From contig NC_085841.1 of the NCBI RefSeq assembly GCF_035594765.1, positions 236,922,689 to 236,986,688 on the forward strand: a stretch of DNA of 64,000 nt. Reading direction: 5' to 3'. The translations under genes were made by a program, and so were the position numbers. Position 1 is the first letter of the stretch. Each line of letters opens with the position of its first letter. The DNA comes from Anolis carolinensis. Taxonomy: Eukaryota. Below the pieces are notes generated by a model. The model was not told the DNA's origin. It made no database searches and saw only the letters and a program-made list of their open reading frames with translations. Below, in pieces: positions 62,627 through 64,000 of the stretch.

Positions 62627-63400
62627 TATATTTCCCCTGATGTATGCATTTTGCCCTATTTTAACATTTGCCTATTCCATTGAAAACATCACTAGCATCG
62701 TGGCGGACAGTGGAGGAATCACTCTCCTTCTTCTGATCACCTCATCACTCCAGTTTGTGGCTCTCTGGGTGGCAAGCTACTGACGTGCTCCATCTTTGTC
62801 TGCTGGCCACTGCTATGAGGATGGGGAGAGAGCAATGAGTACCCTGTGAGACACTGGATAGTCATGAAAACAGCTGTGGTTGGTTCAATCTGTTGTGGTC
62901 AGTTCCATCTTGGACTGCCCTGCATGCCTGCTTCCAAAGTTCAGCTTTGTATTGTGAAAATGGCAATACAAAAATAAAGCATTATTATTATTTCTGCAAA
63001 AGCAAAACCACCACAATGCTTCTGGAACACCAGAATAATGCCACACCCATTTACAAAATGGATCCCCTTTTATACAGTTTATCTTTGTCACATATTTGCA
63101 CACTAAGATTGCTCACTCCACCCCATGCTCCTCTCAGTCCCACCTCCAGCTCTTGTCCCTTCCTCAACTCCACCTCCCTTCCCAATGAAGTCATTGTTTT
63201 CCAGTTCCTACTATCTTATTTTCTGGGTCAGGGTGCCCTTGTTGCTGTGGAAATCTACTCTTCACTCTCCATCCTACTTTTATCAAACTTCCCCCTCCCA
63301 TCTTGCTGTGATTGTGAACCAACATTTCAATAAATGGCAATTTACAGATTTCATTCTCAAACAATTTTATTTCATGTAGGAGTGACTTGAGAAACTTAAT

Positions 63401-63668
63401 TTTTTTTTTCCGTGTCAGGAGCAACCGGAGTTGCTTCTGGAGTGAGAGAATTGGCCGTCTGCAAGGACGTTGCCCAGGGGATGCCCGGATGTTTTGATGT
63501 TTTACCATCCTTGTGGGAGGCTTCTCTCATGTCCCCATATGGAGCTGGAGCTGAAAGAGGGAGCTCATCCGCGCTCTCCCCGGGTGGGATTTGAACCTGG
63601 CAGCTTTCAGGTCAGCAACCCAACCTTCAAGTCACGAGGCTTTTATCCCCTAGGCCAGCGGAGGCTCC
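63401..63668 (-). mobile_element. Anolis SINE2-like SINE, young subfamily
   Basis: 13-bp TSD TGAGAAACTTAAT (63388-63400, 63669-63681). Confidence 0.9.
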
Positions 63669-64000
63669 TGAGAAACTTAATAAAATTATATTATTCCAGG
63701 CAAGTGTGTCTTCAATTGGACTGGGATTTTATAGGTCAAAGTTCACCTTTCTGTTCAAGTAAAAGACATATGTGTTAGGTGAGCCTGTAGCAATTCACTT
63801 TTGCCTGAACCTCCTGGAAAAGACAAAACTCAACCCTCTCCCCTGCTGAGTTAATATGTGAACTATGTTTTTTATTTTAAACTGTACTTTTAGCAATTTA
63901 ACTAAATCTAGACATTTTGAAAATAGCTGAAAGAGTGGGATGATAGAGGATTAATTCAGATTGTCCCTACCAAGTCAGGACAGTTGAAGGTATGCTTTTC

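Noticed and set aside
62893-63333. 146-aa ORF
   Set aside because: Non-ATG start, low complexity and no domain signature.

Overview
Eukaryotic (vertebrate) DNA, almost certainly from a squamate reptile and most likely an Anolis lizard, judged from Sauria SINEs, Anolis-type SINEs, BovB/RTE, CR1, L2, R4/Dong, Penelope, Helitron, hAT and mariner elements. The window is part of a class II olfactory receptor (OR) cluster with six OR loci. One is intact (45467-46402, -). One is nearly intact but has a new stop that trims its C-tail (57090-57998, -). One has a single frameshift (34339-35273, +). One is a multi-lesion OR5AS1-like pseudogene (14475-15417, +). Two are 5'-truncated remnants (28210-28900 and 55566-55938, both -). 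A processed RACGAP1 fragment lies between two ORs. The rest is dense, often nested transposon debris, and most short ORFs in the track are spurious. No prokaryote-type system (CRISPR, operon) is present. Best leads: (i) four divergent LTRs that each keep an acidic peptide ending in an RRSxR[LI]xxK motif, read in the same phase from the LTR start; (ii) a possible split-CDS OR with an in-frame upstream exon; (iii) an R4/Dong insertion with an inverted 5' end carrying an HDV-like ribozyme candidate; (iv) Penelope hammerhead motifs, including a head-to-head palindrome; (v) paralogous non-coding blocks upstream of the two OR12D/5V1-like genes. Repeat family names come from recalled sequence motifs, not from a database search.
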